Positions 1 to 12,680 of a stretch of DNA of 64,000 bases are shown here, piece by piece (the first letter of the stretch is position 1; each line of letters starts with the position of its first letter). The position numbers and the translations under genes were made by a program. Source of the stretch: Mobula hypostoma (Eukaryota); contig NC_086109.1 in NCBI RefSeq assembly GCF_963921235.1, positions 18,664,001-18,728,000 of the forward strand, given 5' to 3'. The notes beneath the pieces were generated by a model. It was given only the letters and a program-made list of their open reading frames with translations. It ran no database searches and had not been told where the DNA came from.

Positions 1-1670
1 AATGAAGACAGAATATAATGTCATGTTCTGTTCCAGGCACTTCTCCTGTATCTGTCTCACTGTGAAGATCATGTCGACAGTGCTGCGTTCGGGATGAAAG
101 CCGCATTGCGACTCAGGAAGGTTCTCTTCTGACACTGTTGGAACCAGTCTGTTGAGGATGATGTGGGTGAGGTTTTTTCCGGCAATGGAAAGTACTGAGA
201 TGCCTCTGTAGTTCCCGCAGTTGGACCTTGAACTTTTATTTTTGTAGAGGGCGATTATTGTTGTGTCTCTGAGGTCAGGGGGCACCTCTTCTTCTTCCCA
301 AATGCTAGTCAGGGTGCTGTGGAAAGCCTCAAGTGATTCCTTGCTGAGTGCCTTGTACAGTTCAGCAGGTATTCCATCCTTGCCAGACGCCTTGCCACTG
401 CTTATCTGCATGATAGCTTTCTTGACTTCATTTATCGAGGGAGGATCATCTAGTTCCTCGTGAATAGGCTGTTGGGGGATTTGGTCCAGAGCAGACTGGT
501 CGACTGATGAAGGGCGGTTCAGGAGCTGGCTGAAATGCTCTTTTCATCTGTGTTGGATGCCCTCTTTGTCCTTTAGCAGTGTGGTTCCATTTGCGGACAA
601 CAGTGGAGATGAGCCAGATCTTGAGGGGCTGAAGATCATCTTGATGGAGTTGAAAAGCAGCTTCGAGTTGTTGATATCAGCGAAGTGTTGCAACTCTTCA
701 CCTTTCCTATCCCACCACAGGTCGTGCATCTTGCAAATTTCCCGTTGGGCATGGGCCTGAAGGGACTTGAACCACTCTTTTTTGGGAATGGAGCTTTGGC
801 CATTTTGCCACTCCATGAATGCTTTGTTCTTCCTGGCCAGGAGATCTTTGATGGCACTGTCATTCTCGTCGAACCAATCTTGGTGGTTTCAGTCCTTGGG
901 AACGAGGTCTGATCTTGCTGTCTCCGTCACCATCTCTCCAAACTGATTCCACTTCTGGGTTGGCCCACCAGTTAGTGGTCCATTGGCAGACAGCTTCTCA
1001 TCAAGGGTGGTCTGGAACTTGTGAAGATACAGCGGCTTTTGGAGTCTGTCAATGTTAAAAGCTGTTCTGATGAACTTAGGGCGCTTGGGATGGTCGGGGA
1101 GCAATACGTAGCTTCACTGTGGTGCGGAGAAGCCTGTGGTCAGTCCAGCACTCTGCTCCTCGCATGGCTCTGGTGATGAGGACATCCCGGATGTCTCGGC
1201 GACGTACTATAACGTAGTCGATCATGTGTCGATGTTTGGATCTTGGGTGCACCCATGTTGTCTTGTACTTGTTTGCCAGCCTGAGCACTGTGTTTGTGAT
1301 GAGGCGGTCATATTCTGCATATTTGCTAAGGAGCAAGAGGCCATTGCTGTTCATGTTGCCAATACCATGTTTGCCTAGAACCCCTTCCCAGCAACTGTGA
1401 TCGCATTGAAGTCACCGAGCAGGATTAGTTTGTCGTTGGCAGGGACTGAGCCCAGAACAGAGCTAAGGTTGGTGTAGAACTGCTCAATGGTCTCGTATTT
1501 GCTGGTCACAGTGGGGGCATAAGCGCTGATGACTGTTGAGTGATGTTTGTGGCTGAGGGGTAGACGTAGCCACATAAGCCTTTCGTTGATTCCCACTGAC
1601 AGGTCGGAGAGTTGTTTCAGGAAGCTGGACTTGACTGCAAATCTAACTCCATGAATCCTCTCTTCATCTT
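1..1670 (-). mobile_element. RTE-clade LINE, decayed (APE endonuclease plus start of RT), 5'-truncated, continues past window start
   Basis: Frameshifted ORF pieces ISAYAPT, LILLGDFNA, NSNGLLLL, KTTWVHPRSKH, IDYVIVRRRD, ECWTDHRLL. Reverse complement of 1-215 reads NYRGISVLSIAGK...PESQCGF...STVDMIFTVRQIQEKC. Confidence 0.92.
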
Positions 1671-2036
1671 AGATAGATAAGTAGATAAAACTTCATAAAG
1701 CCCCAAGTGAATCACCAAGTGTCAAGGTCACTTCAGTTCAGCAAGACATTGATAAATTACTTTTATGTCTCTGTATCCAATACATTTACAGTAATCCCAG
1801 ATCTAAACAATGAACTCCAGCATATTAACCAATCGTTTATCTAGCACTGGATTGGCTGAACTACTGCCAGCCATTTTATCACTTTATTTTCAACCGACTT
1901 CTGCAATTGTTAAATAATAGAAGATGCTCTGGAGGATTATACTCAATGCTTAATGCACAGAGAGAATCTAATATATATGCATGATATCAATATGTATGAG
2001 AGCAAGCCATAGAAATCTGAAACAAAAGCAGAAGAG

Positions 2037-2465
2037 TAAGACCATAAGACATAGGGGCAGAATTAGGCCATTCAGCCCATTCAGTCTGCTCTGCCATTCC
2101 ATCACAGCTGATTTATTACCTTTCTCAACCCCATTCTCCTGCCTTCTCCCAGTAACCTTTGACACCCTTACTAATCAAAAAACCTATCGACCTCTGCTTT
2201 AAATATACTCATTGATCTAGTTGCTATAGCCGTCTGTGGCAATGAATTCCAGAAATTCATCACTCCCTCTGGCTAAAGAAATTCCTCCTCCTCTCTGTTC
2301 TAAAGGGATGTCCCTCTATCCTGAGGCTGCGTCCTCTAGTCCTAGACTCCCTCACTATAAAAAACCTCCTCTCTGTGTCCACTCTATCTAGGTCTTTCAA
2401 TATTTGATAGGTTTCAATGAGACCCCACCCCCCTCATTCTTCTAAACTCCAGCGAGTACAGGCCC
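2037..2465 (-). mobile_element. CR1 LINE 3' fragment, interrupted by the I-group LINE and resuming at about 5929-5965
   Basis: TAAGACCATAAGACATAGG tail, GGCAATGAATTCC..TTCATCAC motif shared with other CR1 3' ends in the window. Confidence 0.85.
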
Positions 2466-5400
2466 TTTATATTATATTCTAATACAGTCAGTATTAGATA
2501 TTACGTTAGTGTCTAACACCTTGGCTGGTGTTAGTAACTGGGGAGTTTGGACTGCTTCAGCGGTAGGCAGTGATTACTACCCAGTTTTATGTTCAGTGGG
2601 TGAAAGAGTTGAAGTAAGACCAGGTGGTGGAATCCCAAAGTGGGTGTTTGAAAAAGCAGATTGGGGTAAGTTCCAGGAGTTGAGTGACAAAGATTGACAT
2701 TTCTGGAAATATAGATGAACTAAACAGTCAGGTGACTTCAGCAATTATTATGGCAGCAGAAGGATCTATACCCAGGAGTAAAAATAGGATGAATAAAAAG
2801 CTGGTACCATGGTGGACAGAGGAATGTTGTCAGGCTGTAAAAAACAGAAATAGAGCATTCAGGCTAGTTAAAAGAACCCATAATATGCAGCATTTGGTTC
2901 AATATAAGAAAGCACAGGCAGTGGTGAGAAGAACTATACGTCGAGCTAAAAGGGCAAGTTGGAGGAGTTTTTGCAACAAAATAGGAAGAACAACACCTGT
3001 GGGAGAGGGATGGGGAATGATTAAGAGGATGGGGAGAGATAGAAGGGAATGGGAATATCCAGTAATGATATCTAAGCAGGAAACAGCAGTCTCCAGTAGG
3101 TAAGGCTGAGATCATGGCCAAGTCATTTGTACAGATACACAGTTCAGAAAATTTGTCTGAAAAAGGGAGAAGGAGAAGGGAAAGAACAATGAGTCAACAC
3201 CCAGGTGTGTTAATCAGGAGGGAAGAAACAAATTACATAATTGATGATCCATTTACGGTGGCAGAAATGGTGAGAGCAATAAAGAGATCGAGACCAACCT
3301 CCCCAGGGAAAGATCTGATATGCTATGTTACGCTAAAAAATCCAGGAGAAGGAGCGCTCTTGAAATTGCTGCATTTTTATAACAGAGTGTGGGAGGAGGG
3401 ATGATTACCAAGTGCATGGAAAGAAGCAGTAGTAATTCCAATAAGGAAGCCCGGCAAGGATCCGTCAAAACCCACTAGCTACAGACCAATAGCATTAACA
3501 TCAAATATATGTAAAATAATGGAAAGGATGATAACAGAAAGGTTATCGGATGAGCTTGAGAAGAGGGGAATGCTGGCAAGTTATCAGAATAGTTTTAGGA
3601 AGGGAAGGAATTCCATGGACTCAGTGATAAGGTTAGAGACTGAAATAAGAAAGGCCCAGGCAAATAAAGAGTCAGTAGTTGCAGTGTTTTTTGACATAGA
3701 AAAAGCCTATGATATGATGTGGAAGGAAGGATTGTTAATTAAACTGCACAAGATGGGGTTTGGTGGGAGAGTTTTTAATTGGATTAAAGATTTTTTGTTT
3801 GGTAGAAAAATTCAAGTTCAGATTGGATCAGAATGATCAAAACAGTACATAGTGGGAAATGGCACACCTCAAGGTAGTGTGATTAGCCCATTACTTTTCA
3901 TCATTATGATCAATGATGTCTTCACAAACGTACCAGTGGATATAGGTAGGTCACTGTTTGTGGATGATGGGGCCTTATGGAAAAGAGGCAGGAACATAGA
4001 GCATAAAATCAGGAAACTACACGGAGCAATTGATGAGGTGGTGGAGTGGGGTTATGATTAGGCATGTAGATTTTCAGTAGAAAAAGCTCAAACTGTATTT
4101 TTCACCAGGAAAAGAATTGAGGTAGGGAAGAAGTTAAGGATGTATGGGATTGAATTACGTTTGTAGAAAGGGTTGGATCATTTAAATTTCTGGGAGTTAT
4201 ATTTGATTCACGATTAACATGGGCAGACCATATCAGGAAAGTTGAGGAGAAATGTAAAAAAGTAATAAATGTGATGAGATGTTTGACTGGTAGGGAATGA
4301 GGAGCAAGTTGTTCAGAGAATGTATGTGGCTTTAGTAAGAGAATGTATGTGGCTTTAGTAAGATCCCTGTTGGACTATGGAAGTATAGCATATGGATCAG
4401 CAGCTAGGTCTCTTATAAGGAAACTGGATGTGATTCAGGCTCAGACTTTGAGAGTGTGCAGGAGGACTTTTAAAACATCACCAGTATCAGCCCTACAGGT
4501 AGAAATGGGAGTAATGCCTTTGGAACTAAGAAGGATTCAATTGATGGCAAACTACTGGGCTAATTTGCAGGGACACAATGATTCTCACCCCGCAAAAGGA
4601 GTGTTGCAGGAGTGCTGGGAAAATGGGAGGTTTCAGAGGGATAACTATAGACGGGTAGGGAATGATATTGCTGAAGAATGTGGAGTGTTTGATCTAAGGA
4701 TAAGCCCTTCAGTAGTTTATCCGGTTGTAGCTCCATGGAAGCTTGTATGGCCTGACATAGACTGGCATTTATTAGAGGTAAAAAGGAAAGGAAAATATAA
4801 AACTGATTTGGTAAGTGCATTTAGCTGTCATGTGATGGAAAGTATAGTGATTACATTCGGATTTAATCGGATGGTGCTAAGGAACATGAAACAGGAGTGA
4901 CAGGGTTTGCGGTGACTCTACCAGCAAAAGAAATTGGAATCAGCAGAAGAACATCTAATAAGTTAGGGGTGTATACAGTGGAGATACTGACAATGTTGGT
5001 TGCGGTTGCAATGGGTGGAGAAAGCTAGACAAGTCAAAGTGTTGGTGTGCTCAGATTCATCCTCAGTTCTAGCAAGTTTAAGGTCTTTTCACTCAAACAG
5101 TCGGCAAGATGTACTTTATGAAGTCCTTCAGTCAGTCACAAGAATTGCAAATCAGGGAGGTCAGGTAAAATTTCTATGAGTTCCAGCACATATAGGGGTG
5201 AAGGGGAATGAGAGGGTGGATGAGTTGGCAAAGAGGGTGTTACAAAATGAAATTATAGAAATGCACATTAGTATCAGCAAAGCAGAGGTTAAGTGTGTAA
5301 TCTGGGAAAAAATCAACCAAATGTGGCAAGAAAGGTGGGACAGGGAGGGGAAAGGGAGGCATTTACATCAGATACAAAAGAGTGTTGCAGGTACTAGGGT

Positions 5401-5928
5401 AGGTAGTGGTTACAGAAGAGAGGAAACTATGTGGACTAGGTTAAGGCTGGGGTACTGTGCATTAAACAAAACATTGAAAATAATAGGGAAACACCAGACA
5501 GGATTGTGTGAGGAATGTCAGGAAGAGGAGTCAGTAGAACATGTAGTTCTGAGTTGCAGGAAGTATGGGATACAGAGAGAGATGATGAGAATCATCTCTC
5601 TCTGTATCCCATAAGGGAATTGGGGGTGCAAGAATTCACATTAAAATGGTTGCTGGGCATGAGTGAGAAAGCACAGGTCAGGGTATTTTTAGCTTTCTTA
5701 AGGGGTACACGGGTTTTTTATAGGATATGACGGATAAGCAGGAATAGGGTACTAGGATGGCCAAAGATGGGAGGATAAAGTGTAGGTTAGGGTATGTGTG
5801 TGTGTGAGATTGGGTGAAGGGATTTAGAATGTAAGTCTATTGCACACTCTGGAGCAGAAGGTGGCGGTAATGCACCACTAAACTGGGTGCCAACCGCCGT
5901 AAAACAAGATGGAGGAGAAGAAGAAGCA
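2466..5928 (+). mobile_element. I-group (Nimb-like) LINE with RNase H, 5'-truncated, ORF2 broken by stops and frameshifts
   Basis: End of APE (GSDYYP), RT motifs QNSFRKGRNSMD, FFDIEKAYD, GTPQGSVISP, LFVDDG, RNase H (VPAHIGVKGNERVDELAK), zinc knuckle CEECQEEESVEHVVLSC, (GAA)n tail. TSD GAGTACAGGCCC 2454-2465 / GAGTACAGACCC 5929-5940. Confidence 0.92.
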
Positions 5929-6337
5929 GAGTACAGACCCAGAGCCTTCAAACACTCGTCCTGTAGGATGAACTGCATAAAAGTACATATAGTGCAGTGG
6001 TACCTGGAATAGAAATAATTTTGTAGGTTGAAGCTTTAGTCGAAAAGAGACTTGGTTATCCATGAGCTTGAACTGCAGGATTGGACAAGGATATGACCTA
6101 CGTTTCTTTACTCTGCCCCAAGCAATTACTACCAATTTGTGCCTACATACAAAAATTCCCAGAAAATCCATGTTAGTACCAATGACTGGATAAATATTGG
6201 TCATGATATAGGGAATACCAAGCCTCCTTACCTTCAAGCAGCACCATGGGAATCATTTTTCATAATGCTGTAAATACACAATGGCTTTTATGTATTCCTT
6301 CACATTTTATTCCATATCTGTACTCTAACCTCTGAGT

Positions 6338-6479
6338 AAACACGGAGAAATCTGCAGATGCTGGAATTTCAAGAAACACACATAAAAATTGCTGGTGAAC
6401 GCAGCAGGTGGAGACATCGACTGTACCTCTTCCTACAGATGCTGCCTGACCTGCTGCGTTCACCAGCAATTTTTATGTG
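6338..6479. mobile_element. Penelope-tail-derived fold-back mini-element
   Basis: Inverted arms ACACATAAAAATTGCTGGTGAACGCAGCAGGT / ACCTGCTGCGTTCACCAGCAATTTTTATGTGT. 14-bp TSD TCTAACCTCTGAGT at 6324-6337 and 6480-6493. Confidence 0.85.
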
Positions 6480-6848
6480 TCTAACCTCTGAGTTTATTTT
6501 TTACATTATTCTTTATCCTTGGCTTTTTGAATGCTTTTGTTGCATGCCACACAGCAAATTCCTAATACACGTAAATGTATCCGGCGAATAAAGTTGATCC
6601 TTGTTTCTCGATCCTTTACCTCCACCTTGGAGAGCAGTTGAGGCTTTGGCTTAACATCTCATTCACAAGGCGATGCCTCAAAAATGTGGCATATATCATT
6701 AAAGACCTTCACCAGCCGGGAAATGCCCTCTTCTCATGAGGGAGGAGGTACAGGAGCCTGAAGACCCACACTCAATGCTTTAGGAACAGTTTTCTCCCCT
6801 CCACCATCAGATTTCTGAATGGCCCATGAACCCATGAACATTATTTCA

Positions 6849-6851
<3 letters not shown>

Positions 6852-6894
<43 letters not shown>
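6852..6894. repeat. (AC)n microsatellite at the end of a PLE tail
   Basis: Pure AC run directly abutting CTGGAGGAACTCAGCAGG. Confidence 0.97.
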
Positions 6895-6896
<2 letters not shown>

Positions 6897-7005
6897 GGAG
6901 GAACTCAGCAGGCCAGGCAGCATCTATGGAAAAGTGTACAGTCCATGTTTCAGTCCAAGACTCTTCATCAGGACTGGAGAAATAAAGGATGAGGAGTCAG
7001 AGTAA
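6895..7005 (-). mobile_element. PLE terminal-repeat fragment with degenerate hammerhead (6939-6976)
   Basis: Reverse complement CAGTC-CTGATGA-A-GAGTCTTGGACT-GAAA-C-ATG-GACTG, with a mutated cleavage triplet. Confidence 0.8.
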
Positions 7006-7324
7006 GCGTCCTTTATGCTACTGTGACACTCTAATTTCCTTTGGGATCAATAAAGTATCTATCTATGTATCAACTGATAACCAGAGGAAGGCCCTTTTAT
7101 TCCCACTAGATCCTTTACACCTAGCCTTTTGCTCACTGTCCATTAAGTGCTGATGTTAGAAAGCCAACATTGCCTGCTGCAAGGAGTCGTTTTAATCTTC
7201 TTTACAATCCATTCATTTTGCTGGTCCAGAACCCCATGAGGATGAATGACTCATTCCTGGACTAACTTTACTTGAGCCAGTCTGAAGTTGTACTGCATAC
7301 AAAGACGGCCTGGGTTTAGACAAG

Positions 7325-7973
7325 TGTAATGCCCTGGTTCACGTCTTTACTGTTATGCTGTATGTATTTCATTTAGCAGTTCTGCAAGAGCAGTCTGTTC
7401 CGTTTTCAGCTTGTCTGGGTTATTGTTGAAGATAAAAGATGCGAAGGAATGTGTACCATCCAATTAGAATGGTCGAATTAAGGGGAGGTTTCCCTAGTGA
7501 GGGACACTAAGGTTGGTCTTGGGCTTGTATTCGGCGGGGGATGGAGAGAGAAGACGCTGGGGAGAACCGGTCGCAGAATACAACCCGGTGGGAGACTCAT
7601 TTGTTCGAGATGGATTGCAAGCGACGTTCGGAAGGTGCTGTGTGCTTTCACGTTGACCGAGGGCCCAGCGCGTGAGTGACAGAAACGTTCAAGATGAGCT
7701 TCAACTGGTGCACATTTGACTGTTAGCTAGAATGGGCCCTTTTCTTGTTGCTATTCTTTACTAACTCTTTAGTTAAGATTCATAAATATAATTCCTTTAA
7801 TCGTATGCGGTGTATGTTATTTCGTGGTACTAATTTGTAACAGGGTAGCAAATTACACAGCATCCACACACACCGGGTTTGGCGTGAGAAGAGCCACGTC
7901 AATCTCACGAGTTTGGCGGGACTTGAGAGTATCTTCCCTAGACTTACACAGCCAGAGAAACCAGGGTGTTTCA
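7325..7973 (+). mobile_element. Solo LTR (Gypsy-like)
   Basis: TG...CA termini with a 12/15 terminal inverted repeat (TGTAATGCCCTGGTT / AACCAGGGTGTTTCA) and exact 4-bp TSD CAAG. Confidence 0.85.
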
Positions 7974-8293
7974 CAAGATTATTTATTTGGAGTTGGTTGT
8001 GTAGGCAGAGGAAGTGGAACTGATCCAGCGATCAAAATTCTCCTAGACATTGTGGCATAAAGACAAGGCTGTGAACAATTTTGTTCAATCTAAAGCATTT
8101 ACCAGGGATAGGACTGAAGCTGATGACCAGGTACTGGAGTCTGATGTAAAGACTAAAGTTGTATTTAAGTCATTGACCACAGAAGCAGGTCCTACGCCCA
8201 CAACATACCATAATGACCATCAAGTACCCATCTATATTAACCCCTTTACTAGCATAGCCTTATCCTATGTCTATAGTCTATGTCTTGACAAGT

Positions 8294-9031
8294 AGAAACA
8301 TACAAAAACCTACAGCACAATACAGACCCTTCGGCCCACAAAGCTGTGCCGAACACATCCTCACCTTAGAACTACCTAGGCTTCTATTTTCCTAAGCTCC
8401 ATGTATCCATCCAGGAATCTCTTAAAAGTCCCTATTGTTTCCGCCTCCACCACCGCCGCCGGCAGCCCATTCCACGCACTCACCACTCTCTGCGTAAAAA
8501 ACTTACCCATGACATCTCCTCTGTACCTACTTCCAAGCACCTTATAACTATGCCCTCTCGTGCTAGCCATTTCAGCCCGGGGAACAAGCCTCTGACTATC
8601 CACATGATCAATGCTTCTCATTACCTTGTACACCTTTATCAGGTCACCTCTCATCCTCCTTCGCTCCAAGGAGAAAAGGCCAAGTTCACTCCACCTATTC
8701 TCATAAGGCATGCTCCCCAATCCAGGCAACATCCTTGTAAATCTCCTCTGCACCCTTTCTATGGTTTCCACCTCCTTCCTGTAGTGAGGTGACCAGAATA
8801 GAGCACAGTACTTCAAATGGTGTCTGACCAGGTCCCTATATAGCTGCAACATTACCTCTCGGCTCTTAAACTCAATCCCACGATTGATAAGGCCAATGCA
8901 CCATATGCTGCCTTAACCACAGAGTCAACCTGTATAGCAGTTTGAGTGTCCTATGGACTCGGACCCCAAGATTCCTCTGATCGTCTACACTGCCAAGAGT
9001 CTTACCATTAATGCTATATTCTGCCATCATA
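8294..9031 (-). mobile_element. CR1 LINE 3' fragment
   Basis: ORF 8376-8852 LYRDLVRHHLKYCALFWSPH..ERVQRRFTRM..LGLFSLERRRMRGDLI..FFTQRVV..WN is the CR1 ORF2 C-terminus. Confidence 0.95.
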
Positions 9032-9053
9032 TAAGTCAAGTGTTCATTTAGAT

Positions 9054-9133
9054 CAGGGGTTCACAACTATTTTCATGCCATGAATCCCTACCATTAACCA
9101 AGGGGTCCATGGACCTCAGGTTGGGAACCTTTG
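9054..9133. mobile_element. 80-bp hAT (Charlie-like) MITE
   Basis: TIR CAGGGGTT.../...GGGAACCTTTG, 8-bp TSD ATTTAGAT/ATCTAGAT, further copies at about 50062 and 60786. Confidence 0.8.
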
Positions 9134-9385
9134 ATCTAGATACTTCTTAACTGTTCTGACAGTACCTGACTCCACTATCACCCTCAGACAAAGCTTTACA
9201 GATTCCAAACGTCCTTGTGTGACAAAAAGATCCTCCTCCAATCCCTTCCAAACCTCTTTCCCTTGCCATAAAGTCAAAGCCAAGGTAAAATTATTATCAA
9301 GGTATGTATATGTCACCATTTACTACCTTGAGCTTTATTTTCTTGCAGGCATTTACAGGAAAATAAAGAAATGTAATAGTAGTTA

Positions 9386-10859
9386 CACAAACAGGAGAAG
9401 ATCCTCAGATGCTGGAGATCCAAATCAACATGCTGGAGGAGCTCAGCAGGGCAGGCAGCATCTATGAAACAGGGTCGAAGTTTCAGGCTAAGATCCTTCA
9501 CCAGGACCAGAAAGAAAGAGGAGAAGTCAGAGCAAGAAGGTGGGGTGAGGGGAGGAGTCAGTACAAGATGGTAGGTGAAACCAGGAGGGGGGAGAGGATG
9601 AAGTTAAGAGCTGGGGAGTTCATTGGTGAAAGAGATAAAGAGCTGGAGAAGGGGAAATCTGATAGGAGAGGACAGAAGACCATGGAAGAAAGGGAAGGGG
9701 AGGAGCACCAGAGAGAGGTGATAGGCAGGGAAGGAGACAAGGTGAGAGAGGGAAATAGAACTGGGAATGGTAAAGAGTGGGGGGCATTACTGGAAGTTAG
9801 AGAAATTGATTTTCATGCCATCAGGTTGGAGGCTGCCTAGATGGAAAATAAGGTGTGGCTCCTCCAGGCTGAGAGTAGCCTCATCACAGCAGTAGAGGAG
9901 GCTATGGACTGACATGTTGGACAGGGAGTAGGCAGTAGAATTGAAATGGGTGGCTACTGGGAGATCCCATTTTCTTCCAGCAGATGCAGTGTGGGTGCTC
10001 GGCGAAGTGGTCTCCCAATCTACGCCGGGCTTCAGCAATACACAAGAGGCCAAACTGGGACCACCAGATACAGCAGATGACCCCAACAGTCATGCAGGTG
10101 AAGTGTCGCCTCACCTGGAAGGACGGCATTGCGCCCTGAATGGTCGGGAGGAAGGAGGTGCAGGGGCAGGTGTGGCACTTGTTCCGCTTGCAAGGTTAAG
10201 TATCAGGAGGGAGTTCAATAGGGAGGGACGTGTGTACAAGGGAGTCACGTAGGGAGCGATCCCTGTGAAAAATGGAAAGTGGTGGGGAGGGAAAGATGGG
10301 CTTGGCGGTGGGATCCCATTGGAGATGGCAGAAGTTACTGAGAATAATGTGCAGGACGCAAAGGCTAGTGGGGTGCTAGGTGAGGCCAAGAGGAACCTGG
10401 TCAGTGGGAGGATGGGATAAGAACAGGATTGATGGTCGAGGAAGGGAAGCCCCTTTCTTTGAAGAAAGAGGACATCTCAGTAGTTCTGGAATGAAAAGCC
10501 TCAGCTTGAGAGCAGATTCTGTGGAGACAGAGGACCTGAGAGAAGGGGATGGTATTCTTACAAGTGATAGGGTGGGAAGAGGTATGGTCCAGATAGCTGT
10601 GAGAATCAGTGGGTCTATACAAGATATCAGTAAATAGACTGTCTTCAGGTAGAGACAGAGAGATTGAGGAAGGGGAGCAAGGTATCGGAAATGGGCCAAG
10701 TAAATTTGAGGGCAGGGTGGAAGTTGAGGCAACGTTGATGAAATTGACGAGCTCCACATGGGTACAAGAAGCAGTACTAATGCAGTTGTTGATGTACCAT
10801 AGGAAGAGTTAGGGGACAATACCTGTGTAGGCTTGGGACATGAACTGTTCCATGTAGCC
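9386..10859 (-). mobile_element. Penelope-like element, left arm (RT C-terminal part, GIY-YIG, tail)
   Basis: ORF pieces TDILYRPTDSHSYLDHTSSHPITCKNTIPFSQ and FQVRRHFTC..GVICCIW..LCIAEARRRLGDHFAEH (GIY-YIG), degenerate hammerhead at about 9472-9509. Confidence 0.9.
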
Positions 10860-12363
10860 ATGGGCACTTGCATAGTTCCCAGTTAAGTCTGCCTTTTGGT
10901 GGCTATGTGGGACAGTCCATGTTCGAGGCTTACACCAGCATTGCTCCCCAACTCTTCCCATGCTACATGGGTGCTGCTTCCTGCACCCAAGCCGAACTCG
11001 TCAACTTCAACTTTGCATCCAACTTCCTCTCTACCCTCAAATTTACTTGTTCCACTCCCGGCACCTCCCTCCCCTTTCTCAAACTCTCTATCTCCATATC
11101 TGGAGATAGTCCATTGATTCTCACAGCTACCTGGATTATACTTCTTCCCACCCTGTCATTTATAAAAATGCCATCCCCTTCTCTGAATTCCTCTGTCTCT
11201 ACTACATCTGCTCTCAGGATGAGACTATTCATTCCACAACTACTGAGATGTCCTCCTTCAAAGCAAGGGCTTCCCTTCCACCGCCATCAATGTTGCCCTC
11301 CTCATCCACATCTCTTCCATTTTGTGCAAGTCTGCCCTCACCACATCCTCCCACCGCCACACCAGCTATAGGATTCCTATTGTCCTCAGCTACCACCCCA
11401 TTAGTCTCCACATCTAGCACATAATTCTCCATAACTTCCACCATCTCCATCAGGATCCCACCGCCCAACACATCTTTCCTTCCCTCCACCCCCAGATTTC
11501 TGTTTTCTGCAGGGATCACTCCCCATGTGACTCCCTTGTCCATTCGTCCCTCCCCACTGATCGCCATCCTGGTACTTATTCTCACAAGCAGAACAAGTGC
11601 CACATTTGCCCCTACACCTCCTCCCTCACTATCATTCAGGACCCTAAACAGTCCTTCCAGTTCAGGGCACACTTGACCTGGGAGTCTGTTGGGGTCATCT
11701 ACTGTATCTGGTGCTCCTGGTGTAGTCTTCTGGATATTGGCAATACCCAACATAGATTGGGAGACTGCTTCACCAAGCACCTTTGCTCTGTTTTCCAGAA
11801 AAAGCGGGATCTCCTGGTTGCCACCCATTTCAACTCTTTATCCCATTCTCATTCTGTCATGTCAGTCCATAGCCTCTTCTACTGCCTCGATGAGACCACA
11901 CTCAGCTTGGAGGAGCAACATCTTATATTCTGTCTGGGCTGCCTCCAACCTCATGGCATGAACATCAATTTCTCCAACTTCTGGTAACTGAACACCCCCC
12001 CCCCTTCACCATTCACCATTCCTTTTTCACTCTCTCACTTTATCTCCTTACCTGCCCATCAACTCCCTCAGATGCTCCTCCTCCTTGCCTTTCTTCCATG
12101 GTCTTCTACCCTCTCCTATCAGACCCCCCCTTCTGCAGCCTCTTATCACTTTCATTCAACTTCCCAGCTCTTTACTTTACCCCTTCCTGCTCTCCTGGTT
12201 TCATCTATCACCTGCCGCCTTCTACTTTTTTCCCCAACCTTACTACTCCAACTTCTCTTTCTTTTCAGTCCTGATGAAGGGTCTCGGCCCAAAACGTCGG
12301 CTGTGTTCTCTTTTCCATAGATGCTGCCTGCCCTGCTGGGTTCTTCCAGCATTTTGTGCACTC
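10854..12363 (+). mobile_element. Penelope-like element, right arm (RT C-terminal part, GIY-YIG, tail with hammerhead 12266-12303)
   Basis: Starts at VAMGT. ORF pieces GYVGQSMFEAY..LPFLKLSI and GVIYCIWCSWCSLLDIGNTQHRLGDCFTKH..EEQHLIFCLGCLQPHGMN. Confidence 0.9.
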
Positions 12364-12680
12364 TACAATGGAAGTTATGAAGATTGGCAAACAACCAATG
12401 TGGAAAAAAAAACAAATTGTACAAATTAAATTTTAAAAAATATAAATTATATTGAGAACGTGAATTCGTAGAGTCCTTGAGAGTGAGTCTGTAGGTTGTG
12501 GAGTCGATTCAGAGTCAAAGTGAGGGAAGTTATCCACATTGGTTCAGGAGCATGATTGTTGAAAGGTAACAACTGTTCCTGAACCTGGTGGTATGGGACT
12601 TCAGGCTCCTGCACCTCCTTCCTGATGGTAGTAATGAGAAGAGAGCATGGCCTAGATGGCGGGAGTCCATGGTGATGGAC
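12364..12680 (-). mobile_element. Rex/Babar LINE 3' fragment (its tail lies at about 9271-9385, split by the PLE pair)
   Basis: CTGTTCCTGAACCTGGTGG..CCTCCTTCCTGATGGT motif shared with the RT-bearing Rex copy at 58420-59195. Confidence 0.75.

Noticed and set aside
5878..6237. 119-aa minus-strand ORF
   Set aside because: Runs into repeat sequence and has no recognisable domain.
9409..9840. 143-aa Glu/Arg/Gly-rich ORF and similar ORFs over purine tracts
   Set aside because: Antisense frames across low-complexity PLE tails.
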